Source: a virus
Lineage: Duplodnaviria > Caudoviricetes
Reading direction: 5' to 3' (one strand)
Length of the DNA stretch: 60,501 nucleotides
Virus record (IMG/VR): IMGVR_UViG_3300030116_002908
Span: 1 to 60,501 of that record
Part shown: positions 36,797 to 44,782 of the stretch, one piece after another
Numbering within the stretch: position 1 is the first letter of the stretch
Layout of the letters: every line of letters begins with the position of its first letter
Notes under the pieces: model-generated
Databases searched by the model: none
The model's input: the letters and a program-made list of their open reading frames with translations, nothing else
Told to the model about the DNA's origin: nothing
Position numbers and translations under genes: made by a program

Positions 36797-37495
36797 ATTT
36801 TAAAATTAGTAAACAAATCATCGGCTAAAAAAACTACAAATTGTGCGGTAACATATAGAGCTGGTGGCCAAGATAAGTTTGCCACTTGCCCTATTACTTG
36901 CAGTTTAAAACCTGATGCTTCAGCTGGTGCCAGCAAAATAGATACTGAATATTTAAATGCGGTATCTGATGCGGTCCCAGCTGGTGGCGTAAGCTTCACA
37001 TATTCTCATTTTAATCCTAGGTATTGGAAGCATAAATTAAAATTTGGCAAAACTACAATTAACTATTCAGCAAAAAATCTAACTGATCTTTTATTGCACA
37101 GCTTCGTACCAGCTGTAATTAATGTTAAGGATACATTCTGGAATAATAAAAAATCACAAAAAATTTCAGGCAAACTAATTGTCAGATGCCCAGCTGAATA
37201 TTCAAGTATTGATTGTAGTACTTGCGGTAATGGTAAACCTTTATGCTCACGGCTGGATAGGTTATATGCAATTGGTTTTACTGATCATGGCACTTATAAG
37301 AAAATTGCCGGTAATGAAAATGAAAATGGTGGTTGTTATGCAACGGCCGGTAATGTTAACTTACATTGGAATGCCACGGCATTAAGTAAAGATAAACAAT
37401 CCGATAGTAAAAAGCTTATAAGCTGGTCTAAAGCATTACCAGCTGGAACAGTTTTAAGGCACCATATAGCCGGAGACTTTGGAAAAATAGAATAA
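36797..37495 (+). CDS. Cys-rich GP88-like protein, 232 aa, ATT start
   Basis: Frame open from ATT 36797 behind GGAGG; TCP..C, FTYSH, CPAE..C..C..LC, GCYA, LRHHIAGD. Confidence 0.65.
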   Translation: MLKLVNKSSAKKTTNCAVTYRAGGQDKFATCPITCSLKPDASAGASKIDTEYLNAVSDAVPAGGVSFTYSHFNPRYWKHKLKFGKTTINYSAKNLTDLLLHSFVPAVINVKDTFWNNKKSQKISGKLIVRCPAEYSSIDCSTCGNGKPLCSRLDRLYAIGFTDHGTYKKIAGNENENGGCYATAGNVNLHWNATALSKDKQSDSKKLISWSKALPAGTVLRHHIAGDFGKIE

Positions 37496-37526
37496 ACTTT
37501 ACATATAAGATAAAAAGTATATATTT

Positions 37527-37553
37527 AAAGCTGGGATTATTCCCAGCTTTTTT
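37527..37553 (+). terminator. Hairpin plus T-tract
   Basis: AAAGCTGGGA-ttat-TCCCAGCTTTTTT. Confidence 0.65.
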
Positions 37554-37583
37554 AATTCACACATTTAAAAAGGAGAAAATATT

Positions 37584-38771
37584 GTGAGAAATTTAGAAAA
37601 TGAAAATAGAACTTTAGAATCTTTATGTACTGAGATTTTAGAGTTAAATAGAAAAAAACAAGATTATATTGCACCGACAAACCAGCTTCAGGTTAAAACC
37701 GTCGTTAATGAAGACGGCCCAAATACCACACAAATAATTATGGAAGCTGATCACGGAGAGAAAACAAAAATCTTGAATGCAAATGACGTATGCTTAGATC
37801 AGATGAATGTTAAAAACGGTTTGGACACCAAGGTAGGCCGTAGGCTTCAAAATAATTATCCTAAGGAATATGATCAATTAACAAATGCTATTTTAGAAAA
37901 AGAGCCTTGTAAACGTATGATCAGATCATTTAATTATCCTCAGGCACCTAGTAATGAAGCTTTACATAATTTAACAACCGGGCAGTACATGAATAATGTT
38001 ATTGGTACCGCTAGAGCGTATTTATCGGATAGATTTAAAACTTTTGATAATTCTGATTTATTGGAGTCTGCATTACCTACACTTGCCGAGTCTGGTGCCT
38101 GCTGGAAAATTGTCAATTATGCTAATACTGATAAAAAACTTTACATCAGATTAAAAAGCGAAATTCAAACCGCCGACGCTGGCGTCGGAGATCATATGGC
38201 CAATGGTCTATTTATTTCTAATTCTGAAGTAGGTTTTTCAAGTATTGCAACCGGTATGACATTATGGACCTTAGCTTGTTTAAACGGTATGCAAACCGAA
38301 AAAATCACGCGTAAGGCCCATATAACGTCCGCGAGAAATGGGGATAATTGGAATATATTAACCGATGAAACTAAGGACGCCGACAACCAGCTTTTAAAGC
38401 TTCAGATGAGAGATATTATAGCTTCATATGGTAGCCGTGAAGAGTTTGATAATCAGGTTGAATTATTTAGGAAGGCTAAAGAGGATAAAATATCTACTGA
38501 TAAAAATATGAATGACGCTGTAGAGGACTTAGGCAAAGTTATGGCCTTATCCAAAAAAGAGACTTCCAGCGTACTGGAAGGCCTTTTAAATACTATTGGG
38601 CAATCCGGTTATGAACAAGGCCAGCCGATCAATAAGGCCACATTAGTTAACGCTTGTACTGCGGTAGGTAATAAGGCCCAGCCGGACGACGTGGACTTTT
38701 GGCAACGTTTAGGCGGTAAAGTTTTAAACCTTAATAAAAATGACTGGAATAGAGTCGCCTTGGCCAGTTAA
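37584..38771 (+). CDS. DUF932-like protein
   Basis: ARAYLSDRFK.FDN, ISNSEVG, LACLNGM...H motifs. Confidence 0.75.
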   Translation: MRNLENENRTLESLCTEILELNRKKQDYIAPTNQLQVKTVVNEDGPNTTQIIMEADHGEKTKILNANDVCLDQMNVKNGLDTKVGRRLQNNYPKEYDQLTNAILEKEPCKRMIRSFNYPQAPSNEALHNLTTGQYMNNVIGTARAYLSDRFKTFDNSDLLESALPTLAESGACWKIVNYANTDKKLYIRLKSEIQTADAGVGDHMANGLFISNSEVGFSSIATGMTLWTLACLNGMQTEKITRKAHITSARNGDNWNILTDETKDADNQLLKLQMRDIIASYGSREEFDNQVELFRKAKEDKISTDKNMNDAVEDLGKVMALSKKETSSVLEGLLNTIGQSGYEQGQPINKATLVNACTAVGNKAQPDDVDFWQRLGGKVLNLNKNDWNRVALAS

Positions 38772-38808
38772 AATGCAACCTTGGTGATAACAGTTTTATG
38801 AACTGGAT

Positions 38809-38841
38809 TAAACGGCCTTTACTTTTAGGCCGTTTTTTTTT
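38809..38841 (+). terminator. Intrinsic terminator
   Basis: AAACGGCCT...AGGCCGTTTTTTTTT. Confidence 0.8.
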
Positions 38842-38878
38842 ATCTTTAATTATCACATTTTATATAGGAGAAAAATTT

Positions 38879-39085
38879 ATGAGTGATTTAAAAACAATCA
38901 ATTATTTAGATCTAGATTGTGAAAATTGTTTTACAATTAATGAATCGATTCATGGCCATTACGAAAACGACAAAAGCGGTAATATACCAGCTGGAGAGTT
39001 TAAACAATGTAAAGAATGCCTTTTGTATGGCGCAGAATTAAAAGTAAGTAAAATTTTAAAATGTCATACTATGGAAATCATTTAA
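38879..39085 (+). CDS. Zn-ribbon early protein
   Basis: ATG 38879 after AGGAG; CENC...CKEC. Confidence 0.65.
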   Translation: MSDLKTINYLDLDCENCFTINESIHGHYENDKSGNIPAGEFKQCKECLLYGAELKVSKILKCHTMEII

Positions 39086-39113
39086 TATAAAGCTGGACCG
39101 CAGCAGCTGCATC

Positions 39114-39144
39114 AACGCCGTTATTTACTAACGGCGTTTTTTTT
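39114..39144 (+). terminator. Intrinsic terminator
   Basis: AACGCCGTTA-tttac-TAACGGCGTT plus T-tract. Confidence 0.8.
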
Positions 39145-39190
39145 GTTACAAATTACAAGAATCACATTTTATATTATGAAAGGAGTCGAA

Positions 39191-39706
39191 ATGTTGAATC
39201 ATCAATTAACTTGTAAAGAGCGAGTCGCCGGAGAGCTGGCCGACCGTTTAAACGATATTAAAACCGCTAATCTATTTTTTAGCAGTTTACAAAATATAAA
39301 ACGTAAGGCCAAAAATAAGGCAATCCCTGAAAACTTTTTTAAAATTGTTAAAAGCTTAGATTTAAGAAGTTATGAAAGTATGACCGAATTTTTAAACAGT
39401 TATTCTTTATGTTTTGATTATGTTGACGGCTTACAAGCTGAACAAGAAAATAGCGGTAATTATTGGCGGTTACAGTTAAGCTGGGGCGGTCCTTCCGATG
39501 AATTTAGAATATTCTGGAATTTAGAAGACGGAATTTATAGAATAGATTATTGGTTTATGGACTGGTACGACGGCGCAAAAATAACGCTTAATAAACATCA
39601 TGACGATTTTAGTTTATTACGCCGAATCATTTATATTGAATATTTAGAACCGTGGATTGAAGGCCACGCTGACGGCTATAAATCGATCAGATATTACCAA
39701 AGTTAA
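39191..39706 (+). CDS. Early hypothetical protein
   Basis: YWRLQLSWGGPSDEFR...YWFMDWYDGA motif; AAGGAG RBS. Confidence 0.7.
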   Translation: MLNHQLTCKERVAGELADRLNDIKTANLFFSSLQNIKRKAKNKAIPENFFKIVKSLDLRSYESMTEFLNSYSLCFDYVDGLQAEQENSGNYWRLQLSWGGPSDEFRIFWNLEDGIYRIDYWFMDWYDGAKITLNKHHDDFSLLRRIIYIEYLEPWIEGHADGYKSIRYYQS

Positions 39707-39731
39707 AATATAACTTCATAATTTTACTAAC

Positions 39732-39761
39732 GCCGTCCGGCCAGCTGGACGGCTTTTTTTT
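39732..39761 (+). terminator. Intrinsic terminator ending the early region
   Basis: GCCGTCC.GC...GCTGGACGGC plus T-tract. Confidence 0.75.
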
Positions 39762-40200
39762 ATTCTATGCGCTGCTTTTTTTAATTTAGGACGCGTCACA
39801 AGCTGTAGCGCGTTTATAATAGTTAATTAAGGCCCAGCGCGCCTTTTATACCGCTTTAAAACCTACGACGCGCGCCAGCTGGTCCCTGAACCGTATTAAT
39901 TGAATTGTAAACCGTGGAGTCTGTTAGCTGGTCCACGGACCGTAAACAGCTGGCCACGGTCCGCGATCCGCGCCAGCTGGTCCACGACTCCGGCATCAGG
40001 AATCATAAATTAAAACTGGTTTATCTTTACCAGCTGGACCGGCACCAGCTGGACCGGATCCGCGCGCCGGCCGGGAAGGAAACAGGATAAAAAAAAATAG
40101 GATCCTTCCAAAATAAAGTTTAATTTTTAAGGCCGGAATCTTTAATATTTTTATTTTTTCCGCGGTCCCACAGCCGTTGTGCACGACGGCATTTGCCAAG
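39732..40200. repeat. GC-rich non-coding palindrome cluster (CAGCTG, GGWCC, CCGG, CGCG)
   Basis: Six CAGCTG(G) copies between about 39741 and 40052, often followed by TCC or ACC. Confidence 0.7.
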
Positions 40201-40296
40201 TTTTTCTCAAATATTCAGATAAAATTTGATATAAGCGTTAACTATATTATAATAAGCGATAAATGGCATAAAATAACATAGCATAGGGGCCCCTAC

Positions 40297-41751
40297 ATGG
40301 ATGGTAATAGACACGACGAGAGACGCTTAAAACTAGAACTAAGGTTAGCTCAGTTAGAGAAGAATGAAGCTTGTAAAAATAACTTTTTATCATTCGTCAA
40401 AACCATATGGCCGTCTTTCATACAAGGGCGTCATCATGAAATCATCGCAGAGAAATTAGAACGAGTTGCGAATGGGGAACTAAAGAGACTTATCATCAAC
40501 ATGGCACCAAGACATACGAAGTCAGAGTTCGCATCCTTTTTGTTTCCGGCCTGGATGATGGGCAGAAACCCAAACATGAAAATCATTCAAGCAACACACA
40601 CGACAGAACTTGCAGTAAATTTTGGACGTAAGGTAAAAAATCTTTTGGACACGGATGAGTTTCATGAAGTTTTTCCGGAAGTTAAACTTGCAGCAGATAG
40701 TAAAGCGTCGGGAAGGTGGGATACAAACAAGGGCGGTATGTATTATGCCGTCGGTGTAGGATCAAACCTAGCTGGTCGTGGTGGTGATCTTGTTATTATC
40801 GACGATCCACACTCAGAACAAACTGCGATGAGCAACAATGGTTTTGAAGATGCCTGGGATTGGTACACTGGGGGCCCCCGACAGAGATTACAACCCGGTG
40901 GTACAATCGTTTTGGTGCAGACCCGATGGTCCGAAAAAGATTTAACTGGTCAATTAATACGTTCTATGGCTAAAGACCCGTTGGCCGATCAGTGGGAAAT
41001 CGTGGAACTACCTGCAATATTCGAGAACGGTGAGCCTTGTTGGCCCGAATACTGGAGCTTGAAAGACTTAACAGCTGTAAAAGCGTCAATACCTCCAAGC
41101 AAATGGAACGCTCAGTATCAGCAGCAGCCAACGGGCGAAGAGAATGCTATAATTAAACGAGAATGGTGGCAAAGATGGGAAAAAACAAGCGTTCCGAACC
41201 TGCAATATGTCATTCAGAGCTACGATACAGCTTTCTCGAAGCGTGAAACAGCAGATTTTAGTGCGATTACAACGTGGGGCGTGTTTTATCCAGAGGAAGA
41301 AGGCGGTCCGCCTGCCTTAATACTGCTTGATAGCAAGAAAGGACGGTGGGATTTTCCAGAATTGAAGGAATTAGCGTTAGAAATGTATAATTATTGGGAC
41401 CCTGAGACAGTAATTGTTGAGGCTAAGGCGTCAGGTATGCCCTTGACCCACGAATTACGGAACATGGGCATTCCAGTTGTTAATTTTACACCGAGTAAAG
41501 GTAATGATAAGGTTTCAAGAGTACATTCTGTGTCTCCGTTGTTTGAAGCGGGCATGGTTTGGGCCCCCGATGAAACTTTTGCAGATGAAATGATAGAAGA
41601 GGTTGCAGCTTTTCCAAATGGAGAGTATGATGACCTTGTAGACAGTATGACACAAGCCTTAATGCGGTACCGTCAGGGTAATTTTGTACAGCTACCGAGC
41701 GATGATTGGGGCGAAGAGCTTGATTCTGTTAAAGTAAGAGCGTATTATTGA
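40297..41751 (+). CDS. terL: Terminase large subunit
   Basis: LIINMAPRHTKS, IIDDP, VQTRW, YQQQP, SYDTAF, FPNGEYDDLVDS. Confidence 0.95.
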   Translation: MDGNRHDERRLKLELRLAQLEKNEACKNNFLSFVKTIWPSFIQGRHHEIIAEKLERVANGELKRLIINMAPRHTKSEFASFLFPAWMMGRNPNMKIIQATHTTELAVNFGRKVKNLLDTDEFHEVFPEVKLAADSKASGRWDTNKGGMYYAVGVGSNLAGRGGDLVIIDDPHSEQTAMSNNGFEDAWDWYTGGPRQRLQPGGTIVLVQTRWSEKDLTGQLIRSMAKDPLADQWEIVELPAIFENGEPCWPEYWSLKDLTAVKASIPPSKWNAQYQQQPTGEENAIIKREWWQRWEKTSVPNLQYVIQSYDTAFSKRETADFSAITTWGVFYPEEEGGPPALILLDSKKGRWDFPELKELALEMYNYWDPETVIVEAKASGMPLTHELRNMGIPVVNFTPSKGNDKVSRVHSVSPLFEAGMVWAPDETFADEMIEEVAAFPNGEYDDLVDSMTQALMRYRQGNFVQLPSDDWGEELDSVKVRAYY

Positions 41752-41758
41752 GGGTAAC

Positions 41759-42616
41759 ATGGCTAATTCTGTAGTAAGAAATGTAAATGAAAGTAGAGAA
41801 GAAGAAAAACTCTACGATAATATTGAAAAAAATATAGAAGAAAAAGAAAAAGCTATTGGCGATGAATTAGAACGGATGTTTGAAGAAAGTGGTACTTATT
41901 TACCTAATCCAGAAGCGGACATTTTTGACAGAATTATTCAAAGGAACATGGAGCCAAATGTTGTTGATTTAAGAGAAGAACAATATAAAGATTTAGCACC
42001 GCCTCTTTTTGACGTGGATGTGCGTGATATTACCTACGAAGCCCCGACAGAACTTCCAATGGAATCAGAAGGCATTCGTTCAATAGGCTTAGAAAGGGGC
42101 GGTAACGCAGGTATTGAGACACTTAAACAAACGACTATGCAAATACAAGAAAAACCAGCGTCCAGGAGTGCTCTGGTTTTAAAAAGAATTTTAAAACAAG
42201 CAGGTGTTGAAAATGTTGATCCCACAACAGTGATGAAAGCTATGAGCGTTTTAAAACAAGTTGAAGAAAAAGAGGTTGATGATTTACAATTAATTCCAAA
42301 AGAGTTTAGAAAAATAGAACAGGATAAAGGTTTTGGTATTACCACATTAAGAGACAAAACAAATCAAGAAAAGTATCTTAGTGAATTTTTATCTCAAGTT
42401 ACACAAGATGATCTAAGGTTCAAGCAGTATGATAGTTTAGCAAATCCTTTATTTAAAAATTTTGATCCATTAAGTAGCTTTACAAGTTTTCAGGATTTAA
42501 AACGGATGCGGACTACTACAACTGATGAAGAGGGCAATCAAATACCTTTTTCTGGTAACGTGCGGCCTATAATTAAGGAAGATGGTTCTGTAGAAGTATT
42601 TGATGTTGGTATCTAG
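41759..42616 (+). CDS. Acidic hypothetical protein
   Basis: 285 aa, between terL and portal. Confidence 0.6.
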   Translation: MANSVVRNVNESREEEKLYDNIEKNIEEKEKAIGDELERMFEESGTYLPNPEADIFDRIIQRNMEPNVVDLREEQYKDLAPPLFDVDVRDITYEAPTELPMESEGIRSIGLERGGNAGIETLKQTTMQIQEKPASRSALVLKRILKQAGVENVDPTTVMKAMSVLKQVEEKEVDDLQLIPKEFRKIEQDKGFGITTLRDKTNQEKYLSEFLSQVTQDDLRFKQYDSLANPLFKNFDPLSSFTSFQDLKRMRTTTTDEEGNQIPFSGNVRPIIKEDGSVEVFDVGI

Positions 42617-44763
42617 TGACTAGCTATCTAGCAAAACAACAAGCTTACAAAGAAGATCCGGAGGCATTTACTGAAGGCCAGTACCTTGGTGCTTCCATGA
42701 TGCCCGTAACGGGTGAAGCTATATCAGCTTACGAATTGCCGGGTATTTTGTCTCTTGGCGGACAGATGATACAAAGCGACGATGCTTTGAAGGCTCTTGG
42801 TGGGGCTGGACTTATTACTTTAGGCACAGCTGCTGTTTTACCCATAGTTGGTCCTGGAGCTAGGTTTCTTAAAAAGGGTTTGGAAAATATTATACCGGAT
42901 GTAGGTCCTAAGTTAGCAACAGAGGGAGGCCCAGATACCTCTAAATTATTTATGGATGATGACGGTGATGATCTTTTCTCTTTACCCCCTGCAAGTAGAA
43001 CCTATGAGCCTGGAGAGAAAAAGTTTATAAAAGGTTTAAATAAAGAAATATATAAATTAACTGACAAGAGTTTATTTGATCCTGCAAAAAAAGCAGGACG
43101 TAAACTTGTTATTGTATCTTGTAGCCAGAAGAAATGTCCTGATGTAGGAAATATGAAAGCCTTTGACAGATACATGGGTTCTGTCTTTCAATCTCTGAAA
43201 AAACAAGGTGTCCCAGAAGATGTAGATGTCGCTATATTGTCCGCGAAACACGGTCTAATATCAAGAGACACACCAATTAAAAATTATGATTTAAAGATGT
43301 CGTCAGAGATTGGGCAAAAATTTAAAAGCGATCCTATACAAATGAACAGAATCATTAATACGATGACCGGATATGATGATGTTATTGTTCAAGGCGGACC
43401 TTTGTATAAAGATGTTATAAGAGCTGCGGCAGGCAAGGGAGATATTAATTTAACTGAGGTTCCACCGGGTGGTGGCATTGGGACCCAGCGTTCAGATCTT
43501 GTTAAGCTTATAAAAGGTGAGGATATAACAAAAGGTAAGGATGTAACACAAAAACTTACTGATGAAGATTATTTTAACCAACTGGAAGATATGGATGTAA
43601 ATTATGTAGATGTGTTACCATCAGGTAATAAAATTGAAAGACAATTTAGGTTTGACGCTGTTTTGGATGATAAGGATGAAGTTTTAACACAAGCTATACC
43701 TGCTTTTACATTAAAAAGTATTTTAAAATTAGGAGAAAATTTAAAAGGTGCTGACAAAAAAAGAGCTATATCTGACAGAATTGATCAAATAAAACCTGTT
43801 GTAAAAGATAACTTAGACTTACAAAAAGAAAGATATTTGTATTTTATTAATAAAACAAATACAAAGTCCGATAGTTATAACATGATGGCACGAAGTGAAG
43901 TACAATCAAGTGATGGTCTTGTTAAATATTATGCAAGACTTTTAGATGATTTAAATAAAATTCAAAAAACATCCTTAGGAAATGCCTACAATAAAAGTTT
44001 AGCTGTCCACCACCCTCAAAATTATAAAGGCGGTGATGCTAAATCAATATTTAAAAGAATAGATACCCCTGTTTATCATTTTTCAATAAACATTGGTGGC
44101 CCAGAAAAACGCAAGGGTTTTACTAAGTTTGATGAAGATAAATTAGGGTTTTATGATTTTGGCCCTCATGTAGCTTCTACGCCAAAAGCTGCTGAAGATA
44201 GGTATATAAGTCAGGTTGGAGGAATACGAGACAAAGACGGTCAAATAATAATGAAGTCTGATGCTGAAGCAAGAGGCGGCACTTTACCTTTGATGGCAGA
44301 TTTAAGCAAACCCTTTAATAATCCAAAAACAGGAAAACCTTTTACAGAAGATGAGCTAATAGATTATAAGGTTGAACAAATTAATAATCACCCTTTTGGG
44401 CCTTTTAAAAATAAAACTTTTACAAGAGATGATTTATTGTTAGAGACGGATAATTTTGATGTAAAAGATATAAGATCGGCGGTGAATTATATTTCTTATA
44501 AGCTAGCATCTAAAGGGTTTACTCATGTTCCTTATGTTAATTCGTATGAAGATGTAGGTAACCTATCGTATGAAATGTTAATAAATAGAGCACCAGGTGA
44601 CACAAAAGTTTTACAAGGTAAATTTGCAAAAAAAGATACAGCTGCGGCCAGCGATCCAGATTTTATGAAAGCCGAAGGCGGCGTGGTTGAAATGAAAGAT
44701 AAAGCTGTTAATATGTACAGAAATACACAAGGTATTGAACCATTTATTAAATATATGGTATAG
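42616..44763 (+). CDS. Multidomain protein: hydrophobic N-terminus, DUF6884-like and ART-like domains
   Basis: IVSCSQKK..A.DRY.G...ILSAKHGLI..TPIKNYDLKM; PVYH....F.KFD...G.GPH..STPKAA..RY. Confidence 0.55.
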   Translation: MTSYLAKQQAYKEDPEAFTEGQYLGASMMPVTGEAISAYELPGILSLGGQMIQSDDALKALGGAGLITLGTAAVLPIVGPGARFLKKGLENIIPDVGPKLATEGGPDTSKLFMDDDGDDLFSLPPASRTYEPGEKKFIKGLNKEIYKLTDKSLFDPAKKAGRKLVIVSCSQKKCPDVGNMKAFDRYMGSVFQSLKKQGVPEDVDVAILSAKHGLISRDTPIKNYDLKMSSEIGQKFKSDPIQMNRIINTMTGYDDVIVQGGPLYKDVIRAAAGKGDINLTEVPPGGGIGTQRSDLVKLIKGEDITKGKDVTQKLTDEDYFNQLEDMDVNYVDVLPSGNKIERQFRFDAVLDDKDEVLTQAIPAFTLKSILKLGENLKGADKKRAISDRIDQIKPVVKDNLDLQKERYLYFINKTNTKSDSYNMMARSEVQSSDGLVKYYARLLDDLNKIQKTSLGNAYNKSLAVHHPQNYKGGDAKSIFKRIDTPVYHFSINIGGPEKRKGFTKFDEDKLGFYDFGPHVASTPKAAEDRYISQVGGIRDKDGQIIMKSDAEARGGTLPLMADLSKPFNNPKTGKPFTEDELIDYKVEQINNHPFGPFKNKTFTRDDLLLETDNFDVKDIRSAVNYISYKLASKGFTHVPYVNSYEDVGNLSYEMLINRAPGDTKVLQGKFAKKDTAAASDPDFMKAEGGVVEMKDKAVNMYRNTQGIEPFIKYMV

Positions 44764-44782
44764 TCCTCAGAAGGAGACTTAG

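Noticed and set aside
39732-40200. CRISPR array, or the 67-aa minus-strand ORF at 39996-40199
   Set aside because: Repeats are short and irregularly spaced with no spacer periodicity; the ORF has no convincing RBS and reads as translated palindromes.
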